A stretch of 64,000 nt of DNA from an uncultured Actinomycetes bacterium (GCA_963725665.1 CAVRZA010000011.1:606935-670934), one strand, 5' to 3'. Counted from the first letter of the stretch, positions 40,307 to 50,590 are shown. Translations and numbers: made by a program. The notes: generated by a model from the letters alone, not told the origin.

Positions 40307-40415
40307 CCGAACGTACTGCGCAAGTCCCGCCGGGGACAGGCGTTCCCGGCGGATCCGTCGGCAGCCCGCGAGAGACGGTTTCGCGTCGTGTCGGCGGCGG
40401 CTACACTAGCCCGCG

Positions 40416-41489
40416 ATGATCGACTTGGGTCTCATGTTCGGAGGGCGCTCGGCGGAGCACGAAGTCTCCGTCGCTTCGGCACGCTCTCTCTACGGCGTGC
40501 TCGACCGTGACAAGTACAACATCATCCCCATCGGCATCACGCGCGACGGCGCGTGGGTCAGGCCGCTCGACGTCGACCTCGCTCTGCGCGATGGGCTCGG
40601 CGGCGTCGCCGTCGAGCCCATCGCCCTCAACCCCGATCCCACCAAGCCCCCCTTGCTCGTCGGCGAGGAACGTCGCGCCGTCGACCTCGACGTCGTCTTC
40701 ACCGTCCTGCACGGCACCTACGGAGAGGACGGCACGGTCCAGGGCGCGCTCGAGATCGCGGACGTCGCCTACACCGGCTCGGGTGTGGCGGCCAGCGGGG
40801 CTGCCATGGACAAGGGGATGATGAAGAGCCTCTTCGCCGCCGCGGGGCTGCCGCAGGTGGACTATCTCGTGCTGCGCGACGCGGGCTACGACGAGGCCGC
40901 CGCGGTCGCGCAGGTCGAGGCCGGCTTCGACTACCCCGTGTTCGTGAAGCCGGCGAACCTCGGCTCGAGCGTGGGCATCACCAAGGCCCACGACCGTGAA
41001 GAGCTCGTCGAGTCGTTGCGGCTCGCCTTCCGCTACGATCGCAAGATCGTCGTCGAGGCGTTCGCCGACGCGCGCGAGATCGAGTGCGCCGTGCTCGGCA
41101 ACGACACACCGCTGGCCTCGTTGCCGGGCGAGGTCATGCCCGTCAACGAGTTCTATGACTACGAGTCCAAGTACACCGACGGGATGATGTCCTTCGCCAT
41201 CCCCGCCGATCTTAGCCGGGAGCAGACCGATGAGGTGCGCGCCCTCGCCGCCGCCGCCTTCAGGGCTGTAGACGGCGCCGGGTTCGCGCGCTGCGATTTC
41301 TTCGTCTATCGGGACGAGGGCCCGGTGCTGGTGAACGAGGTCAATACCACGCCCGGGCTCACCGACATGAGCGCTTTCCCCAAGCTGTGGGCGGCGACCG
41401 GCGTGCCCTACGCCGAGTTGGCCGACCGCATCGTCTCCCTGGCCCTCGAGCGCCATCGCGCGAAGGGCTCGCTGCTCACGTCGCGCTAG
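40416..41489 (+). CDS. ddl: D-alanine--D-alanine ligase
   Basis: GGRSAEHEVS, LHGTYGEDG, VKPANLGSSVG, FYDYESKY, NEVNTTPG. TACACT 8 nt before the ATG suggests a leaderless transcript. Confidence 0.97.
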   Translation: MIDLGLMFGGRSAEHEVSVASARSLYGVLDRDKYNIIPIGITRDGAWVRPLDVDLALRDGLGGVAVEPIALNPDPTKPPLLVGEERRAVDLDVVFTVLHGTYGEDGTVQGALEIADVAYTGSGVAASGAAMDKGMMKSLFAAAGLPQVDYLVLRDAGYDEAAAVAQVEAGFDYPVFVKPANLGSSVGITKAHDREELVESLRLAFRYDRKIVVEAFADAREIECAVLGNDTPLASLPGEVMPVNEFYDYESKYTDGMMSFAIPADLSREQTDEVRALAAAAFRAVDGAGFARCDFFVYRDEGPVLVNEVNTTPGLTDMSAFPKLWAATGVPYAELADRIVSLALERHRAKGSLLTSR

Positions 41490-41605
41490 ACGCGACATTC
41501 ACTGCCTGCGGCCTCCGTCGTCGCGTCGCCTGCTCGACGGTTAACGCGCCCCGACTGTCGCCGCAGCGCCTGCGGGCGGCCGGCCGCCGGCGGCGTCGTC
41601 GCGTG

Positions 41606-42016
41606 TCAGTAGGTGTAGTTGCTCGAGGAGACGGCGGGCTGCAGAACCTTCTGGGCCCAGGTCCCGACCGCGGGGAAGCTGCTGACGTAGTGGAAGAGGT
41701 AGGTGTGGGCCGGACGCGTGGCGGTCACGGTGTAGTAGGTGCTGTCCTCCAAGTGCTCGGCCTTGAACGCCACGAACGTTGAGCCGCTCGCGGCGACCGC
41801 GCGTTCGGCTTCATGCCTGGCCGCGGCGTCGTTGTGAGTCTCGCCGTAGATGACGGCTGCGGCCAGTGCCGCCTGGTGTGCGTCATCGGCGGCTTGGCGA
41901 CGGTTGTCGAACACGGAGTGTGCGTCGAGCAGCACGACGAAGATGATCATGACGATGACGAACACCTTCACGGACTCGCGGATGAAGCCGTCCTGCCCGC
42001 CTAGTCGTCGGAGCAT
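41606..42016 (-). CDS. Hypothetical membrane protein, Tad/Flp pseudopilin-like N-terminus
   Basis: Basic leader, DG-F, hydrophobic helix, then A..AALAAA pattern. Confidence 0.5.
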   Translation of the reverse strand: MLRRLGGQDGFIRESVKVFVIVMIIFVVLLDAHSVFDNRRQAADDAHQAALAAAVIYGETHNDAAARHEAERAVAASGSTFVAFKAEHLEDSTYYTVTATRPAHTYLFHYVSSFPAVGTWAQKVLQPAVSSSNYTY

Positions 42017-42214
42017 CTTCCCTGCCTTGTCGCGGGTCTCTGGGCGATGTATCGGCTGGCGTGGCCGATGTGTTTACGCCTTTTTGTGCTCCGCTGCGGA
42101 GAGAGGAGGCTGCGGGGCAGGCAATCGGGCCGCTCTCGGCCGGCAGGAGCGGGTGCGCGCTAGCGCGCCGGGCAGGGATCGGCGACGGCGCCACCGGGCG
42201 GGATCGAGCCCGGC

Positions 42215-43492
42215 CTACGCCGTTTCGGGCTCGCCGGTCACACGGACCAGCACGACGGCGGCATCGTCGGCGAGCTTGCCGCCGGCGAAACGCTCGACGT
42301 CATCGAGGAGGCGCTCGAGGAGCTCCGGGGCCGGCAGGCCCTTGAGCTCCTCGAGCGCCTCGTTCATGCGCTGGTCTTCGTAGAAATGCCCTTGGCCGTC
42401 GCGGGCTTCGGACACGCCGTCGGTGAAGAAGAGCACCGCATCCCCCCGCTGCAGCTCGACGCGCTCGGGTGCGTAGGGGTCGGGTTCGAAGGCCGGTGCG
42501 ACGCCGGCGGCGGGGCCCGCGAACAGCAGCGGTCGCTCGATACCGCCCTCGCGCAAGACGAAGGGCGCCGGATGACCGGCGCTGGCGAAGGTGAGCGTGC
42601 CGTGGTCGATGTCCAGGAGAGCGAGCTCGAGCGTGACGAAACGCGACTGGGGCAGCTCCTCCTGTGGCTCGCGCTCGGTGCCCACCTGGAGCTCGAGCAC
42701 GTTGTTGGTCCCGGCCACGGCCTCGCCGACCCGGGGCGGCCAGCGTGACGCGGCGATCGCCCTCAACGTGTGCTTGGCCGTGATGGCGAGGGTCGCCGCC
42801 GCGATGCCCTTGCCCGAGACGTCGCCGATGGCGACGGCGACGCTGCGCGGGCTGAAGCTGAAGACGTCGACGAAGTCACCCCCGAACTCATCGCGATAGC
42901 GGCACACGGCGGCGACCTCGACGCCCTCCGGAAGGCTCTGTGGCTCGGTGATCAGCGCCGCACGCAGCGTGCCGGCGACGCTGCCGGCATCGCCGCTCAG
43001 CTCGCCGAGGCGGATGACGGCGTGCCGGGCGACGACGTTGAGCAGGCGCACGTCGCCCGGCGAGTACGGTTCCGGCTTGTTGCCCACCTCGAGGAAGCCG
43101 AGCGTCATGCCGGCGTCGTCGACGAGCGGCACGCAGGCGAACGACGTGAGTCTGAGCAGGTCCGTCGCCTCGCTGAGGCCGTCCGCCGTCTCGGGCAACG
43201 AGTTGCAGACAAGGGGCTTGCCCGACTGGCAGACATGGCCCGGCGCGCCCCTGCCAAGGTCCCACGAGATGGGACGGCCGATCCATCCGGCTTCGGTGTC
43301 GAACCAGCCGTCGGTCGTCACCCGGTCGGGCGCGGCGAGTCCGGCCATGCCGCGTGCCGAGGCGGTGACGAGGCAGGCGATCTCCGTGGCGCCGCGCAGA
43401 ACCTGCTCCCCGTCTGAAGCTAGGTGCAGGGTCTCGAGGCGCTCCAACGTCGAGAGGAGCGCAGGGAGCGTGAACGGGGACACGCTCATCAT
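42215..43492 (-). CDS. GAF-domain PP2C/SpoIIE (RsbU-like) phosphatase
   Basis: GAF (FACVPL..GFLEVGNK), GGDFVD, IGDVSGKG, SAGHP, FTDGVSE, DDAAVV. Confidence 0.92.
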   Translation of the reverse strand: MMSVSPFTLPALLSTLERLETLHLASDGEQVLRGATEIACLVTASARGMAGLAAPDRVTTDGWFDTEAGWIGRPISWDLGRGAPGHVCQSGKPLVCNSLPETADGLSEATDLLRLTSFACVPLVDDAGMTLGFLEVGNKPEPYSPGDVRLLNVVARHAVIRLGELSGDAGSVAGTLRAALITEPQSLPEGVEVAAVCRYRDEFGGDFVDVFSFSPRSVAVAIGDVSGKGIAAATLAITAKHTLRAIAASRWPPRVGEAVAGTNNVLELQVGTEREPQEELPQSRFVTLELALLDIDHGTLTFASAGHPAPFVLREGGIERPLLFAGPAAGVAPAFEPDPYAPERVELQRGDAVLFFTDGVSEARDGQGHFYEDQRMNEALEELKGLPAPELLERLLDDVERFAGGKLADDAAVVLVRVTGEPETA

Positions 43493-43587
43493 GCCGCGAA
43501 CGGGGAGACGACCATGGAGGAGTGTTCGGCTCGGCCTCTTCTATCCCTGCAGGGCACGGAGGGGCGTCGCGGACGACCTCGGCGCCT

Positions 43588-44127
43588 TCAGCCGGAGCGG
43601 CGTATGGTGAAGCCGCTGAGCACGGCCTGGATCAGGGTCGCGACGAGGCAGAGGGTGATGCTCAGCGTGAGCGAGAACCCGACGCCGTAGGTGAGCACGG
43701 CGATGACCCCCGCCCAGAGCAGCGTGCGCGGCAGGAAAGAGCGCACGAACTTGCGCCGGAACCCGAGCCAGGCGAGACGACGGCCGACGGCGGGGGCCGT
43801 CGTCTCGTCGTCGAGGCGGCTCTCGGCGCCGCGCACGTCGTCCGAGAGGTCGGCTCCCTGCTCGTCGAGCAGCCGACACTGCAGCTCGATGCCCGCGTTC
43901 TGCCTGAGGAAGAGCCGCTGGCTGCGGGCGTAGAAGGCGAGCAGGGTGAGGAAGCGGTCGTCGGCCGACAGGCGCGAATCGGCGAGCGTCACCTCGAGGA
44001 AGAGGCGCGTCTCGCGGTGATCGTACTTGACCCGGCACGTCCAGGCTTTGCGAGGGAAGAAGCCGCCGACGAAGCGGTCGAAATCGGCAGGCATCTCCTC
44101 GACGTATTGAGGATCGATCTCCGCCAT
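43588..44127 (-). CDS. Hypothetical protein with two C-terminal TM helices
   Basis: GAGGAG RBS, typical codon usage, hydrophobic C-terminus. Confidence 0.7.
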   Translation of the reverse strand: MAEIDPQYVEEMPADFDRFVGGFFPRKAWTCRVKYDHRETRLFLEVTLADSRLSADDRFLTLLAFYARSQRLFLRQNAGIELQCRLLDEQGADLSDDVRGAESRLDDETTAPAVGRRLAWLGFRRKFVRSFLPRTLLWAGVIAVLTYGVGFSLTLSITLCLVATLIQAVLSGFTIRRSG

Positions 44128-44271
44128 GTCGCTCCTCTGTCAACTCGCCAGCATCAGTACCGATTGTACTCCCGCGCGCTTCGGCACGGGCGCTCCGCCG
44201 GACGATTCCATAGCCAGGGGAGTGCACGCGGTGCGCCTTGGGGGCCCGCAGAACCGAGTAGACTAGCGCCG

Positions 44272-45382
44272 ATGCCCGCACCCCTCGTCCTCGACGTCGT
44301 CGGCAACCGGCCGCAGTACATCAAGGCGGCCGTACTCTCACCGCGGCTGCGCCGGGTCGCGCGTGAGGTCCTGCTCGACACCGGACAGCACTACGACCAC
44401 GAGCTGGCGGGGCTCTTCTTCGATCAGCTCGCGCTGCCCGAGCCCGACATCGCACTGGGCGTCGGCTCGGGCACGCACGCCGAGCAGACGGCCGCCATGC
44501 TGTCTGGGGTCGAGCGCGCCCTGCTCGAGGTGAAGCCCGACCTCACACTGGTCTACGGCGATACGAACTCGACGCTGGCGGGAGCGCTGGCGGCGGCGAA
44601 GCTCGGCGTGCCCGTGGCGCACGTCGAAGCGGGTCTGCGCTCCTTCGACCGCGCGATGCCTGAGGAGGTCAACCGCGTCGTCGCCGATCACCTCGCCGCA
44701 CTTCTGTTCTGTCCCACGGAGGCTGCGGTGGGCAACTTGCGCGCCGAAGGCATCACCGAGGGCGTGCACAAGGTCGGCGACGTGATGTTCGACCTGGCGC
44801 GCGAGGCGCTGACGGCCGAGATCGAGGCGGCTGTGCTGCGAGCGCCTGGGGGTCACGCGGGGGGGCTACGTCTACGCCACCCTGCACCGCGCCTCGAACG
44901 CCGACTCGCCGGCACACCTGGCCAGCCTGTTGGGCGCGCTCGCGGCGGCGGGTGAGCCAGTCGTCTTGCCGGCTCACCCACGCACCGCGGCGAGCATCGA
45001 GAGGTTCGGTCTCACCGGGCTCGCAGCGGCGTGGCCGCCGCGCGAGGGCGCCTCCCGTGGCGCCGGTCTCCACGTCGTCCCGCCGGTCGGTTACCTGGAG
45101 TCCCTGTCGCTGGTGAAGAACGCGCGCGTCGTCGCCACTGATTCGGGCGGCCTGCAGAAGGAGGCCTACTTCTTCGCCACGCCGTGCGTGACGCTGCGCG
45201 ACACGAGCGAGTGGGTCGAGACCATCGAGAGCGGCTGGAACGTGCTGGTCGGGGCCGACGGCGATGCGCTCGCCCGCGCCCTCGCCGCGCCGCCGCGCGG
45301 CGCGAGCCACCCGCCCTTCTACGGCGAGGGCGACGCCGGCGAGCGCATCGCCGCGATCGTCGCCGCCTTCGCGGGCGGGTAG
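44272..45382 (+). CDS. wecB: Non-hydrolysing UDP-GlcNAc 2-epimerase (WecB/WbpI-like), frameshift near 44838
   Basis: GNRPQYIK, TGQHYD, YGDTNST, HVEAGLRS, ATLHR, TDSGGLQKEA. Confidence 0.92.
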
Positions 45383-45508
45383 AGGAACGCGGCTCGCGGG
45401 TAGGGCGCGGGGGCGGCGCTACCCGCGGGCGATAGGATAGAATCCCGTGCTTGGTGTCCCCATCGTCGCACGCGCTGGTGTTGGCCGCGCGAGGGAGGAG
45501 TCCGTCAG

Positions 45509-46774
45509 GTGAAAGTGGCCGTGATCGGCCTCGGCTACGTCGGTCTGCCGCTGGCGCTGGTGTTCGCCGGCGCCGGCGTCTCGGTCGTCGGCATCGAGGC
45601 GGATGAGTCGCGCTGCGACGAGATCAACGCCGGGCGGAGCTACATCCAGGACGTCGCCGGCGAGGATCTCGAGCGGGCGGTCGGGCAGGGCTTGATCCAC
45701 GCCACTCCCGACTACGCCGCGGTCGCCGACTGCGACGCCGTCATCATCTGCCTGCCGACGCCACTGAACGCCAACCGCGAGCCCGATCTCGGCATCGTGA
45801 TGCAGGGGACGGGAGAGCTGGCCGGGCACCTGCGGCGCGGCCAGCTCGTGACCCTCGAGTCGACGACCTACCCGGGCACGACGAGGGAGGTGCTCGCGCC
45901 CATCCTCGAGGAGGGCTCGGGTCTCAAGGCCGGCGTCGACTTCTTCCTCGCCTTCTCGCCTGAACGCGTCGATCCCGGGCGCACCGACTTCACCACCAAG
46001 ACGACGCCCAAGGTGATCGGCGGCCTGACGCCCGCCTGCACGGCCAGGGCGCTCGAGATCTACGGCCGCGCCATCGACCAGTTGGTGCCGGTCTCCACGC
46101 CCGAGATCGCCGAGATGACCAAGCTGCTGGAGAACATCTTCCGCAGCGTCAACATCGCCCTCGTGAACGAGCTGGCGATGCTCTGCGACCGCATGAAGAT
46201 CGACATCTGGGAGGTCGTGGAGGCGGCGGCCACGAAGCCGTTCGGCTTCATGAAGTTCCAGCCCGGCCCCGGCCTCGGCGGTCACTGCATCCCCATCGAC
46301 CCCTTCTATCTCTCGTGGAAGGCGCGCGAGTACGACTTCTGGACCGAGTTCATCGAGCTGGCCGGCAAGGTCAACGAGAACATGCCCTACTTCTGCGTGC
46401 AGAAGGTCCACCACGTGCTCAACACGCGTGGCAAGAGCCTCAACGGCGCCAAGGTGCTCGTGCTCGGCGTGGCCTACAAGGCCGACATCGACGACCTGCG
46501 CGAGTCGCCGGCCCTCAAGGTGATCCGCCGCCTGCAGGAGCACGGCGCGCTGGTCGACTACCACGACCCCCACGTGCCGTCGCTGCGTGGGTTCGAGCTG
46601 CACTCCGTGGCCCTCGATAAGGGCGCCGGCATCGGCGCCTACGACGCGGTGGTCATCGTCACCGCGCACAGCGCCGTCGACTACCGCGAGGTCGTCGAGA
46701 AGGCCCAGCTCGTGATCGACCTGCGCAACGCGACGGCGGGCATGCCGGGCTCCGGCAAGGTGTGGAAGCTCTAG
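45509..46774 (+). CDS. Nucleotide-sugar dehydrogenase (WbpA/WecC-like)
   Basis: GLGYVGLP, ESTTYPGTT, SPERVDPG, GGHCIP, DLRESP. Confidence 0.93.
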   Translation: MKVAVIGLGYVGLPLALVFAGAGVSVVGIEADESRCDEINAGRSYIQDVAGEDLERAVGQGLIHATPDYAAVADCDAVIICLPTPLNANREPDLGIVMQGTGELAGHLRRGQLVTLESTTYPGTTREVLAPILEEGSGLKAGVDFFLAFSPERVDPGRTDFTTKTTPKVIGGLTPACTARALEIYGRAIDQLVPVSTPEIAEMTKLLENIFRSVNIALVNELAMLCDRMKIDIWEVVEAAATKPFGFMKFQPGPGLGGHCIPIDPFYLSWKAREYDFWTEFIELAGKVNENMPYFCVQKVHHVLNTRGKSLNGAKVLVLGVAYKADIDDLRESPALKVIRRLQEHGALVDYHDPHVPSLRGFELHSVALDKGAGIGAYDAVVIVTAHSAVDYREVVEKAQLVIDLRNATAGMPGSGKVWKL

Positions 46775-46789
46775 GAAGGTGAGCGACGC

Positions 46790-47830
46790 ATGACCAGCGA
46801 TGCCATCCGCGTCGGGGTGGTCGGCCTCGGGTATTGGGGGCCGAACCTGGCGCGCAACTTCGACCGCCTGCCCGGCGTCGAGCTCGCCTACTGCTGCGAC
46901 CTGGTCGAGGTCAACCTCGCCAAGGCGCGCGCACAGTTCCCGCGCGCGACCGCGACCGCCGACCTGGGCGTGCTGCTGGGCGACCCCAGCCTCGACGCCG
47001 TCGTCGTGGCGACCTCGGTGCCGACGCACTACGAGATCGGCCGCGCCGCGCTCGACGCCGGCAAGCACGCCCTCATCGAGAAGCCGATGGCCTTGCGCGC
47101 CGCCGACGCGGAGGAGCTCTGCGCGCTTGCCGCGGAGCGCGGCAAGATCCTCATGGTCGGCCATCTGCTCGAGTATCACCCCGGCGTGCGCAAGGTGAAG
47201 GACCTCATCGAGAGCGGCGACCTGGGGACCGTCTTCTACGTGTACGCGAACCGGCTCAACCTGGGCAAGGTGCGGGCCGACGAGAACGCTCTGTGGAGCC
47301 TCGGCCCGCACGACATCTCGGTGGTCAACTTCCTCACCGGCGAGGAGCCGATGGAGGTCAGCGCCCGCGGCGAGTGCTATCTGCAGGCGGGGGTCGAGGA
47401 CGTCGTCTTCGGCTACATCAAGTACCCGTCGGGGGTCATCGGCCACCTGCACGAGAGCTGGCTCGACCCCCACAAGTCGCGCAAGATCACGGTCGTCGGC
47501 TCCGACAAGATGGTCGTCTTCGACGACATGGAGACCGACCGCAAGGTCACCGTCTACGACAAGGGCGCGGTGGTCCCCGAGTATCAGTCCTACGGCGAGT
47601 ATGTGAGCCTGCGCTTCGGCGACATCCACATCCCTCGCATCGCCAACGACGAGCCCCTGCGGCTCGAGTGCGAGCACTTCGTCGAGTGCGTTCGTGAGGA
47701 CAAGCAGCCGGTGAGCGACGGCCAGGACGGCCTCAACGTGGTGCGCGTGCTGGAGGCGATGCAGCGCTCGCTGCGCGACGGCGGCGACCCGGTGAAGATC
47801 ACGGAGCTCGGCAAGGCCGCCGAGCGCTAG
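46790..47830 (+). CDS. Gfo/Idh/MocA oxidoreductase (WbpB-like)
   Basis: GLGYWG, IEKPMA, LGPHDIS. Operon context. Confidence 0.88.
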   Translation: MTSDAIRVGVVGLGYWGPNLARNFDRLPGVELAYCCDLVEVNLAKARAQFPRATATADLGVLLGDPSLDAVVVATSVPTHYEIGRAALDAGKHALIEKPMALRAADAEELCALAAERGKILMVGHLLEYHPGVRKVKDLIESGDLGTVFYVYANRLNLGKVRADENALWSLGPHDISVVNFLTGEEPMEVSARGECYLQAGVEDVVFGYIKYPSGVIGHLHESWLDPHKSRKITVVGSDKMVVFDDMETDRKVTVYDKGAVVPEYQSYGEYVSLRFGDIHIPRIANDEPLRLECEHFVECVREDKQPVSDGQDGLNVVRVLEAMQRSLRDGGDPVKITELGKAAER

Positions 47831-47832
47831 CC

Positions 47833-48543
47833 GTGCTGACCGCCTCCGACCGCGGACCAAACCTCCTTCTCGGCGCCGGCGTCGTCGTCGGCAAGGACGT
47901 CACCTTCGGCGCCAACGTCGTGGTCCACGACGATACCGTCATCGGCGACGGCTGTTTCATCCAGGACGGCGTCGTGCTCGGCAAGGTCCCGTCGCTCTCG
48001 CCGCGGTCGACGGCCAAGCGGGGGCAGCTCGAGCCGCTGCGCCTTGGAGACGGCTGCGTCGTGTGCACGAACGCCGTCGTCTACCGCGGCACGAGCCTGG
48101 GCAAGGGCTGCATCATCGGCGACCTCGCCAGCGTGCGCGAGCGCTGCGAGCTGGGCGAGTCGGTGGTGGTCGGGCGCGGCACCTGCGTCGAGATGGAGAC
48201 GACGATCGGCGCCTTCACCAAGATCCAGTCGAACTGCTACATCACCGCCTACATGCTCATCGAGGACCACGTGTTCATCGCCCCCAACGTCATGACGACC
48301 AACGACAACTACATGGGGCGCACGGAGAAGCGCTTCGCTCTCGAGAAGGGACCGACCATCCGCCGCGGGGCTCGGGTCGGCGGCGGCTCGGTCTTGCTGC
48401 CGGCCATTGACATCGGCGAGGAGGCCTTCGTCGCCGCGGCGTCGCTGGTCACCCGCGACGTGCCGCCGCGCACACTGGTGATGGGCACGCCGGCCAAGGT
48501 CGTGCGCGGCGTGCCCGACGAGGAGCTGCTCGAGAACCAGTAG
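47833..48543 (+). CDS. Hexapeptide-repeat N-acetyltransferase (WbpD-like)
   Basis: Left-handed beta-helix repeats, VFIAPNVMTTND, VTRDVP..GTPA. Confidence 0.9.
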   Translation: MLTASDRGPNLLLGAGVVVGKDVTFGANVVVHDDTVIGDGCFIQDGVVLGKVPSLSPRSTAKRGQLEPLRLGDGCVVCTNAVVYRGTSLGKGCIIGDLASVRERCELGESVVVGRGTCVEMETTIGAFTKIQSNCYITAYMLIEDHVFIAPNVMTTNDNYMGRTEKRFALEKGPTIRRGARVGGGSVLLPAIDIGEEAFVAAASLVTRDVPPRTLVMGTPAKVVRGVPDEELLENQ

Positions 48544-48738
48544 GCGCAGCGGCGGCTCCGCCGCGCACCCTTCCGCCGGCGCACAGAGCGCGCTCCGAAC
48601 GCCGCATGCCTGCCCGCGCCCCCTGCCGAGTCGAGAGCGGCTCCCATGAGGGTGCTCCAGTAAGGGCGTGTCGCCCTCCGACGGTGCTCAGCGTACTGAG
48701 GGCGACTTTGAGCCTCCAGCCGGCTTAGTACGCGACTC

Positions 48739-48767
48739 TTGCACTCTGTCGGGTGAATCCATACACT
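48739..48767 (+). promoter_or_regulatory. Sigma-70-type promoter for the permease
   Basis: TTGCAC-N17-TACACT. Confidence 0.6.
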
Positions 48768-48886
48768 CGCGCCGAACACAACGCCTCCGCTTCTAGACCG
48801 AGGAGGGTGCCCGTGACGTGAGGTGAGAGCCGGCGTAACGGAAGCGCGTCGGAGCCACCGGCGCGTCACTCGCGAAGGGGGGCCCT

Positions 48887-50590
48887 TTGTCCGATCCCTC
48901 TCATCAAGAACACCACCGCCACATGTTCCATGACGAGATGGACGCGCAGCACAAGCGCGACATGGAGCAGCTCGCGCAGTTCGGCTACAAGCAGGACCTG
49001 CGCCGGTCGCTCGGGTTCTTCTCCAACTTCGCCATCGCCTTCAGCTTCATCTCGGCGACCAACGGCTTCTACGCCCTGTTCTACTACGGTCTCGACGTCG
49101 GCGGCCCGGCCGGTCTCTTCTGGGCCTGGCCGATCGTCGTCTTCGGGCAGTTCATGGTCTGTCTCGTCTTTGCCGAGGCGGCGTCTCACTACCCGCTCGC
49201 GGGCGACGTCTACCAGTGGGCCAAGCGTTTCATGGGCGGAAGCTATGCCTGGTTCGCGGCGTGGGCGTTCGCCTGGGCGCTGCTGGCGACCATCGCAGCC
49301 ATCGCGTTCGGCGCGGCGCCCATCGCATGCAGCTTGTTCGGCTGGGACGCGAGCAGCACCTCGAACCTCTTCCTGATCGCGCTCTTCTTCACCCTCGCGC
49401 CGATGGTCCTCAACATGTATAGCGTGAAGATCGCCGCGTTCTTCAACAACATCGGTACCGTCACCGAGATCATCGGTCTGGTTGTCATCTCCATCGCCTT
49501 GTACATCGCGGTCATCTTCGGCAAGGGCGACCACCAGAGCATCGGTGTGATCTTCGACACCGGGGGCACGTCGGTCGGGCATGCCTGGGGCTACGGTGGG
49601 GCCTTCCTGGCCTCGATGCTGACCTCGGCCTGGGTGCTCTACGGGTTCCACGCCGCCGGCGGCCTCGCCGAGGAGACCGTCAACCCGACGCGCTCCGTGC
49701 CGCGGGCCATGATCTTCGCCGTGGGCCTCACGGCGATCATCAGCGCCTTCTGGCTCTTCGCCATGGTGCTCGCCATCCCCGACGTCGCAAAGACGCAAGC
49801 CGAGGGGACCAACGCCATCGCCTACATCTTCGACGCCCACTTCTCCAGGTGGGTGACCGACCTGTTCCTGGTCGCGGTGCTGACGGCCATCTTCGTCTGC
49901 TGCCTGGCGGTCCAGGTGGCCACCACGCGCCTCCTGTTCGCCTACGGCCGCGACAAGATGATCCCCGCCTCGCGCTTCTTCGGGTTCGTCTCGCTGCGCA
50001 CCAAGACCCCCCTCCTCTCGGCGCTGTTCGTGGCGGTCGCGACGATCGGGGTCCTCATCTACGTGAACCTCGGGGGCAGCGACCCGTTCATCGCCATCGC
50101 CCGCGTCACAGCTTGGGCGACAGCGGGTACCTACGTCGTCTATCAGATGGTGGTCTTTGCCTCCATGCTGGCGCGCTCGCGTGGCTATCCGAAGGAACGG
50201 GCCTACTTCAACCTGGGCTCGTGGGGCTGGCCGGTCAGCATCATCGGGTTCGTCTACGGCGTGTTCATGATCATCAACCTGTCGTGGCCGCGTACACCGA
50301 CTGCAGCCTGGTACGACAACTACCTCGTGATCTTCTCGATCGCGATGGTCTTCGCGTTGGGTGCCATCGTGTACTTCATCCAGCGGGCTCGTGGCGTCGA
50401 CCTCGGCGCGACGATCCACGAGCTGGTGGAGGCGCCTGCGGAAGAGGCCGCCATGCCGGGCCCGGTCGGGGCGACGGCTGTCCGCGAGCCAGGCGCACTC
50501 GAGACGTCCGTCGATCAGGCGCCCGGGCCGGGCCCGGTCAGCTTCGACCCGCCGGGCGGGCCGCCAACGCCGGGCGGGCCGCAGACGTAG
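48887..50590 (+). CDS. APC family amino acid/amine permease
   Basis: GYKQDLRRSL..FSNFAIAFS, GGPAG, YPLAG, LAEET, about 12 TM helices. Confidence 0.93.
   Translation: MSDPSHQEHHRHMFHDEMDAQHKRDMEQLAQFGYKQDLRRSLGFFSNFAIAFSFISATNGFYALFYYGLDVGGPAGLFWAWPIVVFGQFMVCLVFAEAASHYPLAGDVYQWAKRFMGGSYAWFAAWAFAWALLATIAAIAFGAAPIACSLFGWDASSTSNLFLIALFFTLAPMVLNMYSVKIAAFFNNIGTVTEIIGLVVISIALYIAVIFGKGDHQSIGVIFDTGGTSVGHAWGYGGAFLASMLTSAWVLYGFHAAGGLAEETVNPTRSVPRAMIFAVGLTAIISAFWLFAMVLAIPDVAKTQAEGTNAIAYIFDAHFSRWVTDLFLVAVLTAIFVCCLAVQVATTRLLFAYGRDKMIPASRFFGFVSLRTKTPLLSALFVAVATIGVLIYVNLGGSDPFIAIARVTAWATAGTYVVYQMVVFASMLARSRGYPKERAYFNLGSWGWPVSIIGFVYGVFMIINLSWPRTPTAAWYDNYLVIFSIAMVFALGAIVYFIQRARGVDLGATIHELVEAPAEEAAMPGPVGATAVREPGALETSVDQAPGPGPVSFDPPGGPPTPGGPQT

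Noticed and set aside
40416-41489. Vancomycin-resistance D-Ala-D-Lac ligase
   Set aside because: The omega loop reads YDYESKY as in D-Ala-D-Ala ligases, and no vanH or vanX is nearby.
13534-47860. Long antisense ORFs such as 13534-15693, 24394-25773 and 45419-47860
   Set aside because: Shadow frames of real high-GC genes with no motifs of their own.
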